A stretch of 64,000 nucleotides of DNA from Opitutaceae bacterium (GTDB lineage: Bacteria; Verrucomicrobiota; Verrucomicrobiia; Opitutales; Coraliomargaritaceae): positions 1 through 64,000 of the forward strand of contig JBPOFY010000008.1 in assembly GCA_051252375.1 (NCBI GenBank). The letters run 5' to 3'. How positions within the stretch are numbered: position 1 is the first letter of the stretch; every line of letters begins with the position of its first letter. The position numbers were made by a program, and so were the translations under genes. The notes below the pieces were generated by a model, which saw only the letters and a list, made by a program, of their open reading frames with translations, was not told the DNA's origin and searched no databases. Below are positions 49,401 to 59,854 of the stretch, piece by piece.

Positions 49401-52390
49401 GCAACCGAGATCGCTCCCGTCTGAACGCCTGTAATGTTGTTTGCGCTCAGGTCACTGCCATCGATCGTCAGACTCTGGCTGTTCAAATTTAGGTCGGCAG
49501 CGGCCACTAGCTGCGATCCGTTCTCGATGGAAATGGTTTCCCCTTGGAAATCCGCATTATTGCCGGCACTTAGATCACTGCTATCGATCCCAAGGTTTCT
49601 ACCAATGAAATTCAAATCGTTGACTGCTGTCACGGTGGATGGACCTGTAACGGAAATGTCCTCCGTTTGCGTCACGGTCATATTATCGGCACCGAGGTCA
49701 CTGCCATCGACTGTCAGACTTTGGCCACTGAGATCCAAGTTGTTGACGGCTGTCACGTTCGAACCATTGGCAACCGAGATCGCTCCGGTCTGAACGCCTG
49801 TAATGTTGTTTGCGCTCAGGTCACTGCCATCGATCGTCAGACCTTGGCTATTCAAATTCAGATCGTTAGCTGCTGTTAAGGTGGATGCACCTGTGACGGA
49901 AATATCATCCGTTTGCGTCGCTGAAATGTTGGCGGCACTGAGTTGACTACCATCAACTGTGAGACTTTGCCCCGTCAGATTTAGGCCGTTGACGGCTGTA
50001 ACATCCGATCCATTGGCAACCGAGATGGCCCCCGTTTGGATACCTGTAATGTTGTTTGCGCTGAGTTGACTGCCATCGATCGTCAGATCCCGGCTGTTCA
50101 GATTCAGATCGTTAGCTGCTGCTAAGGTGGATGCACCTGTGACGGAAATATCATCCGTTTGCGTCACCGTAATGCTGTCTGCTCCGAGGTCACTGCCACC
50201 GACACTGAGGCTTTGGCCACTGAGACTCAAGTTGTTGACGGCTGTCACGGTCGAACCGTTTGCAACCGAGATCGCTCCGTTCTGAACACCTGTAATGTTG
50301 TTTGCGCTCAGGTCACTGCCATCGATCGTCAGACCTTGGCTGTTCAAATTCAAATCGTTAGCTGCTGTTAAGGTGGATGCACCTGTGACGGAAATATCAT
50401 CCGTTTGCGTCGCAGTTATATTGGCGCCACCGAGGTCACTGCCGTCGACTGTGAGGCTTTGACCCGTGAGATCCAGGTCGTTGACGGCTGTCACATCCGA
50501 ACCGTTTGCAACCGAGATCGCTCCGTTCTGAACACCTGTAATGTTATTTGCGCTGAGATCACTGCCGTCGATTGTCAGACCTTGGCTGTTCAAGTTCAGG
50601 TCGTTAGCTGCTGTTAACGTTGATGCACCTGTGACGGAAATATCATCCGTTTGCGTCGCAGTTATATTGGCGCCACCGAGGTCACTGCCGTCGACTGTGA
50701 GGCTTTGACCCGTGAGATCCAGGTCGTTGACGGCTGTCACATCCGAACCGTTTGCAACCGAGATCGCTCCGTTCTGAACACCTGTAATGTTATTTGCGCT
50801 GAGATCACTGCCGTCGATTGTCAGACCTTGGCTGTTCAAGTTCAGGTCGTTAGCTGCTGTTACGCTTGATGAATTTACGGCAATACTGTCGTCAGCTCGA
50901 AGGCGTGCATGATTGGCAGCGCTAAGGAGACTGCTGGCGACGTTTACATTATTGCCACGTAAATTGAGTTCGTTCACAGGCCCGTCGGCAATCGACACGC
51001 CATTGGAATCCTCAGGGAGGATCGGAGCTCCAAAAGTGCCTGCAGTGAGGATAGAGTTATCAAAACTGACATCTCCGAACTCACTGAAAATATGGACTCC
51101 ACCCGATAAATTCTCGATTACTACATTGGAGCCTTCAATACTCCCGAGATAGCTGTCCAGCGAAAGATTGACTGAATTCAGGTTGTCGATGGAAATGCTG
51201 CTACCATCTGCAATTGTGAAAGCCTCTCTTCCCGAGAGCTCGAGCTTGGAGGGCCCTGTAAATCCAGTTGGGACAAAGGCACCACTCAGGCTCATCGTAT
51301 CCGCCGCCCTCATGTAGTATCCCATACGCTGATCTGACGAATCCAGTATTCCGATAGGGCTCAAGTCGAGACCGCCGTTGATTAGATTGATTCTGCCTGC
51401 GAAATAGCCAACAACCACCTCATCAGAAATCAGGCCGGGCAGGAAACCTGCAGGGACTTCGATGCCGGGCGCATCCACAAAGTTTAGATCTTTGTAGCCC
51501 TCTGTCTGAGGCGTCACTTCCGTATCCAAGATATAATCCAGGCGCTCAACACCAGTGAGCGGAATGGGCTGGCTATCCACATTGGTAACTCGCACGTTAT
51601 CTGTGCTGCCTATGTCCAGAACCACGTTAGAGTCGCCCGTGACCTTGACGATTCTTGCGTCAGTCTCGCTGAGTGATCCATTGGCAATTTCGGTCGCTTG
51701 ATTAGTCGCAGCCGCGTCGATTTTATTTTGACTTTCGATGCGCTCGGAAAATCCGTTCAGCAAGCTGGAATCGGCCATCATTCTAGATAAATCAAAGTTC
51801 AAAACAGGGCCCGGGCGACCCTCACCAGACCCTTCGGTTTCTTTAGTCGGCAAGACGAAGGTCATTTGGCCCGCCTTCAGGATACGAACGGTTCCGTCGG
51901 GGTAACCCACCTGAGCGATGCCTTCGAGCACCACTAACTTGAATCCGCCGTCTGCCGTTGCCACAACCGCGATAGTCGTGCCAATCACAGATGCTGTGGC
52001 GGATGCAGTGACGACACGACCCCCACCACGACCTTCAGGAGAATGAAATAGTATCGAGCCCTTCTTCAGATTGATCGTGCGTGAGTTGTCATCAAAGGAG
52101 AACAAGGTATTGGCACCCACGCGAGTGATAGTGCCATCTTCGGCTTCCATTCGGACACGCGAGCGACGCCCCGTCTCGAGGAAATCAGGCGCTCGGAAAA
52201 TCATCTCCGCGAGTGCGGGTTGAGGCGCTAACTCCTGACCAGAGAGAATCGCCGCCTGATTGATGACTTCGACGATCCTAGACTCAGTCAAAGGCAGAAT
52301 CTCGCGCGCCGCTGCAAGTTGGCAGAATGACCCGCTGACTCCTATTAAACTAATAATCAGTCGGAATTTTAGTATATATGAGGTGTTCAC
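46427..52390 (-). CDS. Giant FecR-domain protein with beta-helical repeat body
   Basis: Signal peptide; FecR motif (LETGRRSR..EDGT..RVGANT..ATASVIGT..VLEG); long N/S/T/D-rich 41-aa repeats. Confidence 0.87.
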   Translation of the reverse strand: MNTSYILKFRLIISLIGVSGSFCQLAAAREILPLTESRIVEVINQAAILSGQELAPQPALAEMIFRAPDFLETGRRSRVRMEAEDGTITRVGANTLFSFDDNSRTINLKKGSILFHSPEGRGGGRVVTASATASVIGTTIAVVATADGGFKLVVLEGIAQVGYPDGTVRILKAGQMTFVLPTKETEGSGEGRPGPVLNFDLSRMMADSSLLNGFSERIESQNKIDAAATNQATEIANGSLSETDARIVKVTGDSNVVLDIGSTDNVRVTNVDSQPIPLTGVERLDYILDTEVTPQTEGYKDLNFVDAPGIEVPAGFLPGLISDEVVVGYFAGRINLINGGLDLSPIGILDSSDQRMGYYMRAADTMSLSGAFVPTGFTGPSKLELSGREAFTIADGSSISIDNLNSVNLSLDSYLGSIEGSNVVIENLSGGVHIFSEFGDVSFDNSILTAGTFGAPILPEDSNGVSIADGPVNELNLRGNNVNVASSLLSAANHARLRADDSIAVNSSSVTAANDLNLNSQGLTIDGSDLSANNITGVQNGAISVANGSDVTAVNDLDLTGQSLTVDGSDLGGANITATQTDDISVTGASTLTAANDLNLNSQGLTIDGSDLSANNITGVQNGAISVANGSDVTAVNDLDLTGQSLTVDGSDLGGANITATQTDDISVTGASTLTAANDLNLNSQGLTIDGSDLSANNITGVQNGAISVANGSTVTAVNNLSLSGQSLSVGGSDLGADSITVTQTDDISVTGASTLAAANDLNLNSRDLTIDGSQLSANNITGIQTGAISVANGSDVTAVNGLNLTGQSLTVDGSQLSAANISATQTDDISVTGASTLTAANDLNLNSQGLTIDGSDLSANNITGVQTGAISVANGSNVTAVNNLDLSGQSLTVDGSDLGADNMTVTQTEDISVTGPSTVTAVNDLNFIGRNLGIDSSDLSAGNNADFQGETISIENGSQLVAAADLNLNSQSLTIDGSDLSANNITGVQTGAISVANGSNVTAVNNLNLSGQSLSVGGSDLGADSITVTQTEDISITGVSTLTAAIDLSLNSRDLTVDASQLSANNITGIQTGAISVANGSNVTATNDLDLTGQSLTVDGSDLGGANITATQTDDISVTGASTLTAANELNLNSQGLTIDGSSLSADNITGVQTGAISVANGSDVTAVNGLNLTGQSLTVDGSDLSADNLTAIQADAISIENGARVLAAGDLNLRGQSLTVDGSELSAGNEADLQAETISIVNSSNVTVNTDLSLSGQNLTIDGSTLDAANITGIQTQNISIQNGSIVTATNDMDLFGQNLTIDSSDLNAANNADLHAENLIVVNASDVTANTVEFSANDITSTQTNYFTDDLSVMAVNELSLSFSDLSAIASINLGARTLILSDVSFNSSSTIQLGSANGLLAASPNTGAAALPDFVNFISNVTVDGNPAQNYVSLAQGGLGLVTGIDLVATTGSGNNELQELLALYRILETTVSPQTDGFPALNFVDAPGIQVTDNTPIGLGSDGVIVGVLAGNINFIDGSLNVSPIGIAAGTDGRMAYYLQASQNMSFEDDFELTGFTMPSKIEFSGIEAITFATDTTVFIDDDNSVNLSLGSYFGDIELFNADFENKSGGIRIFTELGDINLNESKLTAGDMGNPLLPVDSNDVTIAGGPVNELELSSQNLMVNKSDLRAANNASFDAETMSIVNSSKVTVNNDLNLSGQSLAINDSELTADNNIDIQVETTSIENGSKLTAGNDLNISGQSLTVDDSDLTTDNNVDIQVESISIVSANGYGVKAENDLNLSGQSLTVNDSKLDGDNITTNQTGTISVANASSVTAVTDLNVSGLNLTIADSDLTAGNRATLQAGNLITVNASDVKADFIEFSANDIATLTTKLDTDDLSMQAVNELSLSSSDLSSIASINLGARTLILSDVKFNDSSNIQLGSANGLLADNPNTGASVLPDYVNFISNVTVGSDPAQNFISVAQGGTGIEASVINLYSTAP
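48700..50860 (-). repeat. 246-bp (2x123-bp) coding tandem repeats
   Basis: 82-aa unit AANDLNLNSQGLTIDGSDLSANNITG...DISVTGASTLT; shadow ORFs recur at 246-bp spacing (50159, 50405, 50651). Confidence 0.92.
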
Positions 52391-52428
52391 ACTATATTTA
52401 TATGGGTTGTTTATGATAAAAGTAAAGT

Positions 52429-54582
52429 CTATTTACGAGTCGCCACATAGACGCCCGCCCAATCGGCAGGCGGCGGATGAGCCAAAAACTGCTCACACCG
52501 AAGCATAAAGCACTCTGCCAGAGCAGCTTGCTGAGGCTGATCCTGTTGGAAGTCGGCAAATGCCGCCATTGCTTCTGCGAATTGGTCCTCACGATACAGT
52601 TTCAGCGCAGAATGCCAAGCAACTAACCATGCCTCCCCATCGCTCGCTCGAACTGGCTGATAGATGCGAACCGGCGCAGAACGTCCTTTCACCTGCACGA
52701 GATCAATCTCCTGAAAAACAACGCCTTCGGGCGGACAAATACGCATTTCCTCACTGACCAAAATGCTACATCCATACACTCTGGTCAGCCCCTCGATACG
52801 TGAGGCTAAGTTGACCACGTCCCCCATCACGGCGAACTCCTTTCTCTGTGAATGGCCTAAATTGCCGACGAAGCCATTGCCGCGGCTAATACCGATGCCG
52901 ACACCTAAACGAGGCCGCCCTGTGCCCTGCCACTGTATATTCAGGCGCTCCAACTCTTCCACCATCGCTAATGCCGCTGCGATTGCCAACTGAGAGTCCT
53001 GCTCATCGCCATCCGAGTAAATACCGCCCCAGACCGCCAGCACCGCATCTCCAATGTATTTATTTAAAGACCCCTTCCTCCGCAAAATGACTTCCACCAA
53101 ACCCTCGAAGTATTCATTCAATTGCTGGACCAATACCTCCGGGTCGGCCCCCTCGCTCAATGCAGTGAAGCCACGAATATCAGCAAACATAGATACGATT
53201 GAACGATTCGCCCCACGTAAAACAGACTCCAGGCGCGCGGGTTCTTCCACGATCAGCTGCGCGATTTCCGGAGAGACATAACGATCCAAATAAGAGCGCA
53301 TACGCTTTCGTTCGTATTGCTCGATTACATAATCGCAAAGCAGGAGCAGACCGCCGCCCACACCAACAATCCAGACAACCGGCATGACTGGTAACACCAA
53401 ACCATAACGAGAAAAGAGCCACTGCGAGAGCAAGGAATTGCCGATGAAGACCAGTAGCAAAAATATCCCTTTAGAACTGGCAGCACGCAAATAGAGAATA
53501 CCGACACTAATCAACAGCGCCAAGCAGCTAACTAGAACAAGCTGCCATGTGCTCGAAACATTCCGATAGAAAGAATCGTTTAACAATGAACGCGCAACAT
53601 GCCCATGCGTCTCAACCCCATACATATCGCCGAAAGGTGTTTGCAGCACGTCTTTGAAGAAGTCGGAGAAAGAACCGACGATGACAATCGAGTCCTCGAA
53701 AAGGGATTCATGCGCTAAAAAGCGATCTTTCAATAAGATATCGACATAACTCACGCTTTCAAAGTAATCGAGCCCACCGTAGTTAATAATCGGGTAATCG
53801 GGCAAACGTTCAATCCGTTCAAATGCCCCATCACTGGAAAGCGCCGCAGCTTGCGCACCGAGAGACAGGTAATTCTCGGAACGCTCTGCGAGTGCTTGTA
53901 TTCTAGCACGAGCCTCATCATTGGCAATGAAGGCCTGTTTTTCAGAATAAATATTAGTCGTCAGTTTTGCTCTACGCAGCACACCATCGGGATCGCGCTG
54001 TATATTCACAAAACCCAACAAGCCAGATTCGTCCAAGGGCAGGAGATCATCATAAGGCAAGCGCTCTTCTACTAAGGTCTCTCCTAGCTCATTCTCGCTC
54101 ACAGAGTAATCGTAGCCCAAAACCACACGCCCGGGGTTGGCTTCGATCACATCTAGTAAATCAAAGTCGCCCTCACTTGGAGAGGGAAAGACAAAATCAA
54201 ATGCCACCACTTTGGCTCCCGCATCAATCAGACGTTGAGCCACCACACCATGAATCGCGCGATTCCAGGGCCATGGCTCCTCCAACAGTTTTGCTTCGGG
54301 GTTGACCGCAATATCCGCTTCAGAAAGCTGAGGAAAGAGTGAGCGGTCATCGACTGTCACCAACACGATTCGGGTCTCATCATTCGCTCGCTCCTCCACA
54401 CCTCGAACCAAGAAGCGAAGCGAAAGGCTCGCTTGTTCGACTGCGAACAGAAACTTAAATGATTGCACCTTGGGCCAGCAGATCAACGCCGCCAAAAAAA
54501 AGATCAACGCGGGGTAAGCAAACAAGCGAATACGCTTCAAACGCCGACTGAGTTCATTTACATTAGCCTTCTGGAAATCCAT
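52429..54582 (-). CDS. CHASE2-domain class III adenylate/guanylate cyclase
   Basis: TM, PWPWNR..FDFVF..DPDGVLRR..GVETH CHASE2, 3 TMs, FADIRGFT, KYIGDA, GDVVNLASR. Confidence 0.94.
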   Translation of the reverse strand: MDFQKANVNELSRRLKRIRLFAYPALIFFLAALICWPKVQSFKFLFAVEQASLSLRFLVRGVEERANDETRIVLVTVDDRSLFPQLSEADIAVNPEAKLLEEPWPWNRAIHGVVAQRLIDAGAKVVAFDFVFPSPSEGDFDLLDVIEANPGRVVLGYDYSVSENELGETLVEERLPYDDLLPLDESGLLGFVNIQRDPDGVLRRAKLTTNIYSEKQAFIANDEARARIQALAERSENYLSLGAQAAALSSDGAFERIERLPDYPIINYGGLDYFESVSYVDILLKDRFLAHESLFEDSIVIVGSFSDFFKDVLQTPFGDMYGVETHGHVARSLLNDSFYRNVSSTWQLVLVSCLALLISVGILYLRAASSKGIFLLLVFIGNSLLSQWLFSRYGLVLPVMPVVWIVGVGGGLLLLCDYVIEQYERKRMRSYLDRYVSPEIAQLIVEEPARLESVLRGANRSIVSMFADIRGFTALSEGADPEVLVQQLNEYFEGLVEVILRRKGSLNKYIGDAVLAVWGGIYSDGDEQDSQLAIAAALAMVEELERLNIQWQGTGRPRLGVGIGISRGNGFVGNLGHSQRKEFAVMGDVVNLASRIEGLTRVYGCSILVSEEMRICPPEGVVFQEIDLVQVKGRSAPVRIYQPVRASDGEAWLVAWHSALKLYREDQFAEAMAAFADFQQDQPQQAALAECFMLRCEQFLAHPPPADWAGVYVATRK

Positions 54583-54715
54583 CTCTGAATGAGCATCCTC
54601 AACGATTCAGCGTCCATTGCGAACCTAAAGAGCAACTCGCTCCAGCCGAAAACAGGAGCCAAGCTAGCACAGTCTATTGCTGGAATAAATAATCCGTTCA
54701 ATACTCTTAGCCCAC

Positions 54716-54928
54716 ATGACATGTGAAAACAAAAAATGCTCCACCGCGGGCTGTGGCGGACCAGGAATGTGCCCGGGAATTGCCTTAATGCTCTCGATCT
54801 TCGTCGGCATCGGCATCACAACCCTCAGCGGCAGCACCCTCTTCGGCTGGCTCGTAGCGGTGCCACTAGGGATTTCACTCATCCTGGGTCTACCCCAAAA
54901 GATATTCACCAAACTTTTGGGCAGGTAG
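54716..54928 (+). CDS. Small membrane protein with Cys-rich N-terminus
   Basis: Four Cys then two hydrophobic segments. Confidence 0.5.
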   Translation: MTCENKKCSTAGCGGPGMCPGIALMLSIFVGIGITTLSGSTLFGWLVAVPLGISLILGLPQKIFTKLLGR

Positions 54929-55017
54929 CTCCACTTACAAACGTATCGAGGATCCCGTTTCCAGTCTAAGTGAATATATGTTCGATCCTTTGGAAATATT
55001 CGTGCCTATTCATCCGC

Positions 55018-55806
55018 ATGAAATACCTCCCCTGTTTACTTGCCCTACTTTCCTTCGCTTACCCCGTGATTGCGGAAGACGGCTTTAAGCTGCTATTCAA
55101 CGGCAAGGACTTGAGTGGTTGGCTATCGGCTCGCGAGCAAGCGACCGAGGGCGCGGGGCGCTTCAGTGTAAACCTAGATGAACAGGCGATCCATGTTTAC
55201 GCAAACGAGTCGACTGAGACTAAACAGGATATCGACTATCTGTATACCGAAAGTGAATACAGTGATTATGTGCTGAAGCTTGAATACAAGTGGCTAGAAA
55301 AACGCTTTGAGCCACGCCCAACCCATGACCGCGACTCCGGCTTACTTTTCCATGTGCATGGGGATTTGCTGAAAGTATGGCCGAAATGTTTGGAAATGCA
55401 GCTAGGAGAGTCGAGCGCGGACAAGACCAAAGATCGCTACGCGACAGGTGACCTCTGGGTGATCGGCAGGGACGTGCATGTGATGAATGCTCGCAACAAA
55501 GACGACTTCTACGTCCCAGGCTTACCCTTGGTTCCGGTGGGCACGACTCATTCCTATGACAAATCCTATATTACAGAAGCCAATGAGAAGGCGCACGGCG
55601 AGTGGAACGAGATCACATTAACGGTGCGTGGTGGCAAAGAGGCGATCTTTGAACTCAACGGCAAGGTGGTGAATCAAATCTCGCAGATGACTTACCTCGT
55701 CGACGATCAACGGGTGCCACTGGATCACGGACGTATCGGACTCCAAGCAGAATACGCGGAGCTGCTGTATCGAAATATCCGCATCAAAGAATTGCCTGCT
55801 CAATAG
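55018..55806 (+). CDS. DUF1080 (3-keto-disaccharide hydrolase-like) exported protein
   Basis: LFNGKDLSGW, L.LEYKW, DSGL, GEWN, G.IGLQAE, YRNIRIK. Confidence 0.92.
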   Translation: MKYLPCLLALLSFAYPVIAEDGFKLLFNGKDLSGWLSAREQATEGAGRFSVNLDEQAIHVYANESTETKQDIDYLYTESEYSDYVLKLEYKWLEKRFEPRPTHDRDSGLLFHVHGDLLKVWPKCLEMQLGESSADKTKDRYATGDLWVIGRDVHVMNARNKDDFYVPGLPLVPVGTTHSYDKSYITEANEKAHGEWNEITLTVRGGKEAIFELNGKVVNQISQMTYLVDDQRVPLDHGRIGLQAEYAELLYRNIRIKELPAQ

Positions 55807-55867
55807 CCGATTTGGATGATTCCGCGGTGAATGCGGAGCTCACACCTCTAACACTGAAAACTATCGA

Positions 55868-56641
55868 ATGGATATTTGGGGGAAACTAAAAGCCATATTC
55901 GAAGACGCACCCAAGGAAATCGTTTTTAAAGACGAGTGGGTCGCATTCTTGAATGCCAATCTGCCACTCTACGGTCGCCTGCCTGCTGAACTACAGGAAA
56001 GGCTACACCTACGAATCGGCGAGTTCGTGACGACCACTTTTTTTGAGGGATGCAACGATCTCGAACTGACCGACGAGATGATCCTCACCGTCGCGGCGCA
56101 GGCCTGCTTGCTGGTGATCAACCACGAAGGCGCCCCCTACCCCCAGCTCAACACCGTCTTACTTTACCCGACTGTGTTCACAGCCACCAGCGAGTCGCTC
56201 GGGCCCGGCGGCACGATCATTAAACGTGAAGTCAAATGCGAGGGCGAGTCATGGGACAACGGCACCGTCATCCTCGCTTGGAATTCCGTTCAGCAAGGTG
56301 CGACCAATATCTTCGATGGTCACAATGTGACTTTTCATGAGTTCGCCCACCAAATCGACTCGCTCGATGGCGACACCGACGGCGTGCCTGTGCTCCACAG
56401 CGAAGCCGCGTTTCAAACATGGGCGGCGGTGCTCGGTGAACATGCGGAAAAATTCATGGACCGTGTGCGACGCGGCAGAAAAACAATCCTCGATCCATAC
56501 GGCGCGACCAACCCTGCCGAGTATTTTGCAGTCGCGACAGAAACCTTTTTTGAAAAGCCCAAGCAATTAAAGAAGAAGCAGCCTGGTCTCTACGAAGAGC
56601 TGGAGAAATTCTATCAGCTCGATCCTGCGAGTTGGTTTTAG
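55868..56641 (+). CDS. M90 family zinc peptidase (MtfA-like)
   Basis: VAAQACLL, GESW, HEFAHQID, YGATNPAEYFAVATE.FFEKP. Confidence 0.92.
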   Translation: MDIWGKLKAIFEDAPKEIVFKDEWVAFLNANLPLYGRLPAELQERLHLRIGEFVTTTFFEGCNDLELTDEMILTVAAQACLLVINHEGAPYPQLNTVLLYPTVFTATSESLGPGGTIIKREVKCEGESWDNGTVILAWNSVQQGATNIFDGHNVTFHEFAHQIDSLDGDTDGVPVLHSEAAFQTWAAVLGEHAEKFMDRVRRGRKTILDPYGATNPAEYFAVATETFFEKPKQLKKKQPGLYEELEKFYQLDPASWF

Positions 56642-56828
56642 AGCAGCCCCTGCAGTGCAACGCAGACGCATACTGTGTTTACGTGATGAATGTGAGCCAA
56701 TTAACACTCGCGTTCAAAGGCGATGAATTGGATAACAAGAGCATCTTTGGTTTCACCGTGCCATCCCCGAAAATTCACAAGGCACAACCCACTCAATATC
56801 GTCTCCAAATCGGCAAATCTACAGTTCA

Positions 56829-58136
56829 ATGTTCCACCTTCTCCTAACATCAACACTCCGGTCCGCCGGATACCTGTCAGCGTTTTGCCTGACATTATTG
56901 CTTTCAGTCAATCAGGTCGTAGCCGTAGAAGTGACCAGCGCAAGCATCCTCGAAGATGAAACCGGCAGCTTAGACAGAGCACTCGGCGACAATTACTCCG
57001 AACGACTTGCAAATTTTGAAAGCCAATTGATCAGTCGTGACGAGTCGGACAAAGAAGTCTTCATCTACTCCTGCAAATACGTGCAAGCCACTACGATTCG
57101 CCGAGTATTGGAAGAATTTATCAGCTCCGACGGAATGGTCGCCGACAGTGCGGAGTCCGACCAAATCGTGATCTCGGATCGTCGCAGCAATATCGAGATG
57201 CTGAAAACCATCATCAAGGAGCTCGATCAAGCGGTGCCGCAAATTCTCGTCGAGGCACGCATCGTCGAGCTCAACATCGAATCCGACCTCGAGAAAGAGG
57301 TGGACCTATTTTACAAAGACATGGGGCTCGATGCCGCGAGAGATTTCCTCGACAGCTCGGGTGACGTCATTGAAGGCGGGACATTAGGTTCACTGCTAGA
57401 TGTGGCAGGGGCAGCCTCAAGCCCGACTCAAGGTGCCTTTCTCAATTCACAAGTCTGGACAGATGGCGATCAATCACTGAACCTGTTCCTCCGCTACTTA
57501 GAAACCAATGGTAAAGCCACTATTCTATCGGCTCCAAACCTGATCATCCAGCGCGGTAAAGAAGGCAGCATCGTAACCGGTGAAGAGGTTCCCATTCTCT
57601 CGCAAACCACCTCCAGCGGTGGCGTCACCACATCCACCGAATTCAAAAGTGTGGGTATCAAACTCAGCGTGAAACCCACCATGATCTCCGGCGACCGTGT
57701 GCGACTCGAGGTGAACCCCGAAGTTTCGACCGTTACCGGATTTAGCGACGCAGGCGACGTGAGTAATCCGATCATTGCCGTGCGTCAGGCACGCACCGAA
57801 CTGGAAGTCCGCGACGGTCAACTCATCTCGATGGCTGGTCTATTACAAAGCACCAAGCGCGACACACGACGCCGCACACCAATCTTGTCTAACGTCCCCA
57901 TTTTAGGGTCCCTCTTCAAGTCGGACCGCAAACAAAACGAACAGACACAGTTGATCATCTTCTTGAGCATTAAGATACTGCCATTCGGTGAAGACACGAT
58001 CATACGACCCGATTCACTCAATCCTAAGATCCAGCAAACGATCGACAGCATCGAAGCCAGCAACGATGAGTCCGTTAAAGATCCTAGTATCATCAACGAC
58101 GTGAAGCATTTATTAGATATTGGTGTCAGTGAATAA
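56829..58136 (+). CDS. Minimal secretin (single N domain plus secretin core)
   Basis: [38 protein letters not shown]...[17 protein letters not shown] signature. Confidence 0.92.
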   Translation: MFHLLLTSTLRSAGYLSAFCLTLLLSVNQVVAVEVTSASILEDETGSLDRALGDNYSERLANFESQLISRDESDKEVFIYSCKYVQATTIRRVLEEFISSDGMVADSAESDQIVISDRRSNIEMLKTIIKELDQAVPQILVEARIVELNIESDLEKEVDLFYKDMGLDAARDFLDSSGDVIEGGTLGSLLDVAGAASSPTQGAFLNSQVWTDGDQSLNLFLRYLETNGKATILSAPNLIIQRGKEGSIVTGEEVPILSQTTSSGGVTTSTEFKSVGIKLSVKPTMISGDRVRLEVNPEVSTVTGFSDAGDVSNPIIAVRQARTELEVRDGQLISMAGLLQSTKRDTRRRTPILSNVPILGSLFKSDRKQNEQTQLIIFLSIKILPFGEDTIIRPDSLNPKIQQTIDSIEASNDESVKDPSIINDVKHLLDIGVSE

Positions 58137-59838
58137 GCTCTTTTCCAAACTCCAGTTAACGAGCAATCGGCAACGCGGGATACTGCTTGCAGGCGCCTTT
58201 GTGGTGGGTCTGCTCATCATTGGTGGTTGCCGTCGTTCCAATAACGTCAAAGCAGAAGAGCAGGTTCAGCTAGACCGCTACTACACTGTAGAGAAAGGCG
58301 ACTTCAACATCACCGTGCTCGCACGTGGCGAACTCGACGCGATCAAGAACCACGAGCTCAAATTTGAAGGCACTGGCAGACTCGGGCTTCGCATCGAATA
58401 CATCGTCGCAGATAAATCAAAAGTCAAAGCCGGCGACCCCGTCGTCACCTTTGCAGATGAAAAGTATGAGGAAGAAATCATGCTGCTCGAACAAAAGATT
58501 TACGACCGCAAAGTAGAGTATGAGAACCGCCTAATTTTCGAAGAGGATTACTACAGCGACTCCATGCGCTCCCAGGAGGAAAAATTGGATGATGCGGTCC
58601 TCAACCTTTCTCTATTTTTAGAAACACAGGCCCTCGCCCGTGATAAATCTTTCAGTAATCTCACTGAAGCCAGTAATGCCTACGAAACCGCACTCGACGC
58701 ACTCAATAAATATGAGAACCTCGATTACCGCACCGAGAGCCGACAAAAACTCTCTGAAATCGACAACAAGGAACAAGAATATCTAGATGCCATCGATGAG
58801 CGCGACAAGGCGGACCAAGAACTATCGGAGGCTCGTTTAAAAGATGAAGACACTCGCGATAAAGCGGAACGAAAGCTGAACCTCGCCGAGAAGAAGGTCG
58901 ATAATGCGATGGTCGCGTGGGAGAACGCACGTAAGGCAGACCGTCAGTTTCGCCGCTACGACCACCCACAAAAGCTGCGCCAACTCTCCATCAGCACAGA
59001 GAAGACCGCACTCAACTTAAAGCGAAGCCTCGTTAATGAACAAAGTGAGCGTGTCCAATCGGAGCGCCGCTATCGCGCCCTACTTCGTGACCGTGAAAGA
59101 ATCGATGAAAAGATCGAAGAGCTGCAGACGAAATATACCGGCGACCTAGAGCGCCTCGCGAAGGATTACGAAACTGACATGGCACGCAATGAGGAACAGC
59201 TCGCCATTTTGAAAAGTGATAACGAGCAGCTCATTCTCCGCGCCCCCATCGACGGCATCGTTTCACTAGGAGACAACAGAAGTCGAGACCGCGGCAGCCA
59301 AGGCATGAAGGTTCTTGAAATCGGAACAAGTGTCTCACCGCGTGAAGTAGTGGCACGCATTCCCGACCTTTCTAAATTCCTCGTTCAATGCGACATCCCG
59401 GAAGTCTATCGATCGCGTATCAGCGTAGGTCAAACGACACTGCTTAAAAATGCCGCCCTGCCCGGCCTCAAGATGACTGGGCAGATTGAGAGCATTGCCA
59501 CCATGTCGCAGCGTTTAATCCGCTGGGATTCACGTAGCCCTCGGATTTACGAAACCAGAATCAACACCAATACTACCGATCCACGACTCGCTCCAGGTAT
59601 GACCGTAGAAGTCGAGATTCTAGTGGATAAGGTCAAAGGCGTTCTCTTCATCCCCATCGAAGCTGTCTATAATAAGGAGGGCAAATCCTACTGCAAAGTG
59701 AAGACCAGCTTCTCAACCGAAGAGGTCGAGGTAACAACTGGTCGCTCGTCCAACAGCTACGTAGAGATCCTCAAAGGGTTAGAACCCGAGGATGTGGTGC
59801 TACTACACGGCTCTGCAGCATCCAACCAAGCGAACTAG
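58120..59838 (+). CDS. MacA-like periplasmic adaptor with very long alpha-helical region
   Basis: N-terminal TM, split lipoyl halves (VKAGD / LRAPIDGIV), [22 protein letters not shown]; overlaps the secretin stop (start may be GTG 58129). Confidence 0.88.
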   Translation: MVSVNKLFSKLQLTSNRQRGILLAGAFVVGLLIIGGCRRSNNVKAEEQVQLDRYYTVEKGDFNITVLARGELDAIKNHELKFEGTGRLGLRIEYIVADKSKVKAGDPVVTFADEKYEEEIMLLEQKIYDRKVEYENRLIFEEDYYSDSMRSQEEKLDDAVLNLSLFLETQALARDKSFSNLTEASNAYETALDALNKYENLDYRTESRQKLSEIDNKEQEYLDAIDERDKADQELSEARLKDEDTRDKAERKLNLAEKKVDNAMVAWENARKADRQFRRYDHPQKLRQLSISTEKTALNLKRSLVNEQSERVQSERRYRALLRDRERIDEKIEELQTKYTGDLERLAKDYETDMARNEEQLAILKSDNEQLILRAPIDGIVSLGDNRSRDRGSQGMKVLEIGTSVSPREVVARIPDLSKFLVQCDIPEVYRSRISVGQTTLLKNAALPGLKMTGQIESIATMSQRLIRWDSRSPRIYETRINTNTTDPRLAPGMTVEVEILVDKVKGVLFIPIEAVYNKEGKSYCKVKTSFSTEEVEVTTGRSSNSYVEILKGLEPEDVVLLHGSAASNQAN

Positions 59839-59854
59839 TTCGCCACTATTTGAG

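Noticed and set aside
46572..51152. Series of similar + strand ORFs
   Set aside because: Antisense shadows of the repeat array in the giant minus-strand gene.
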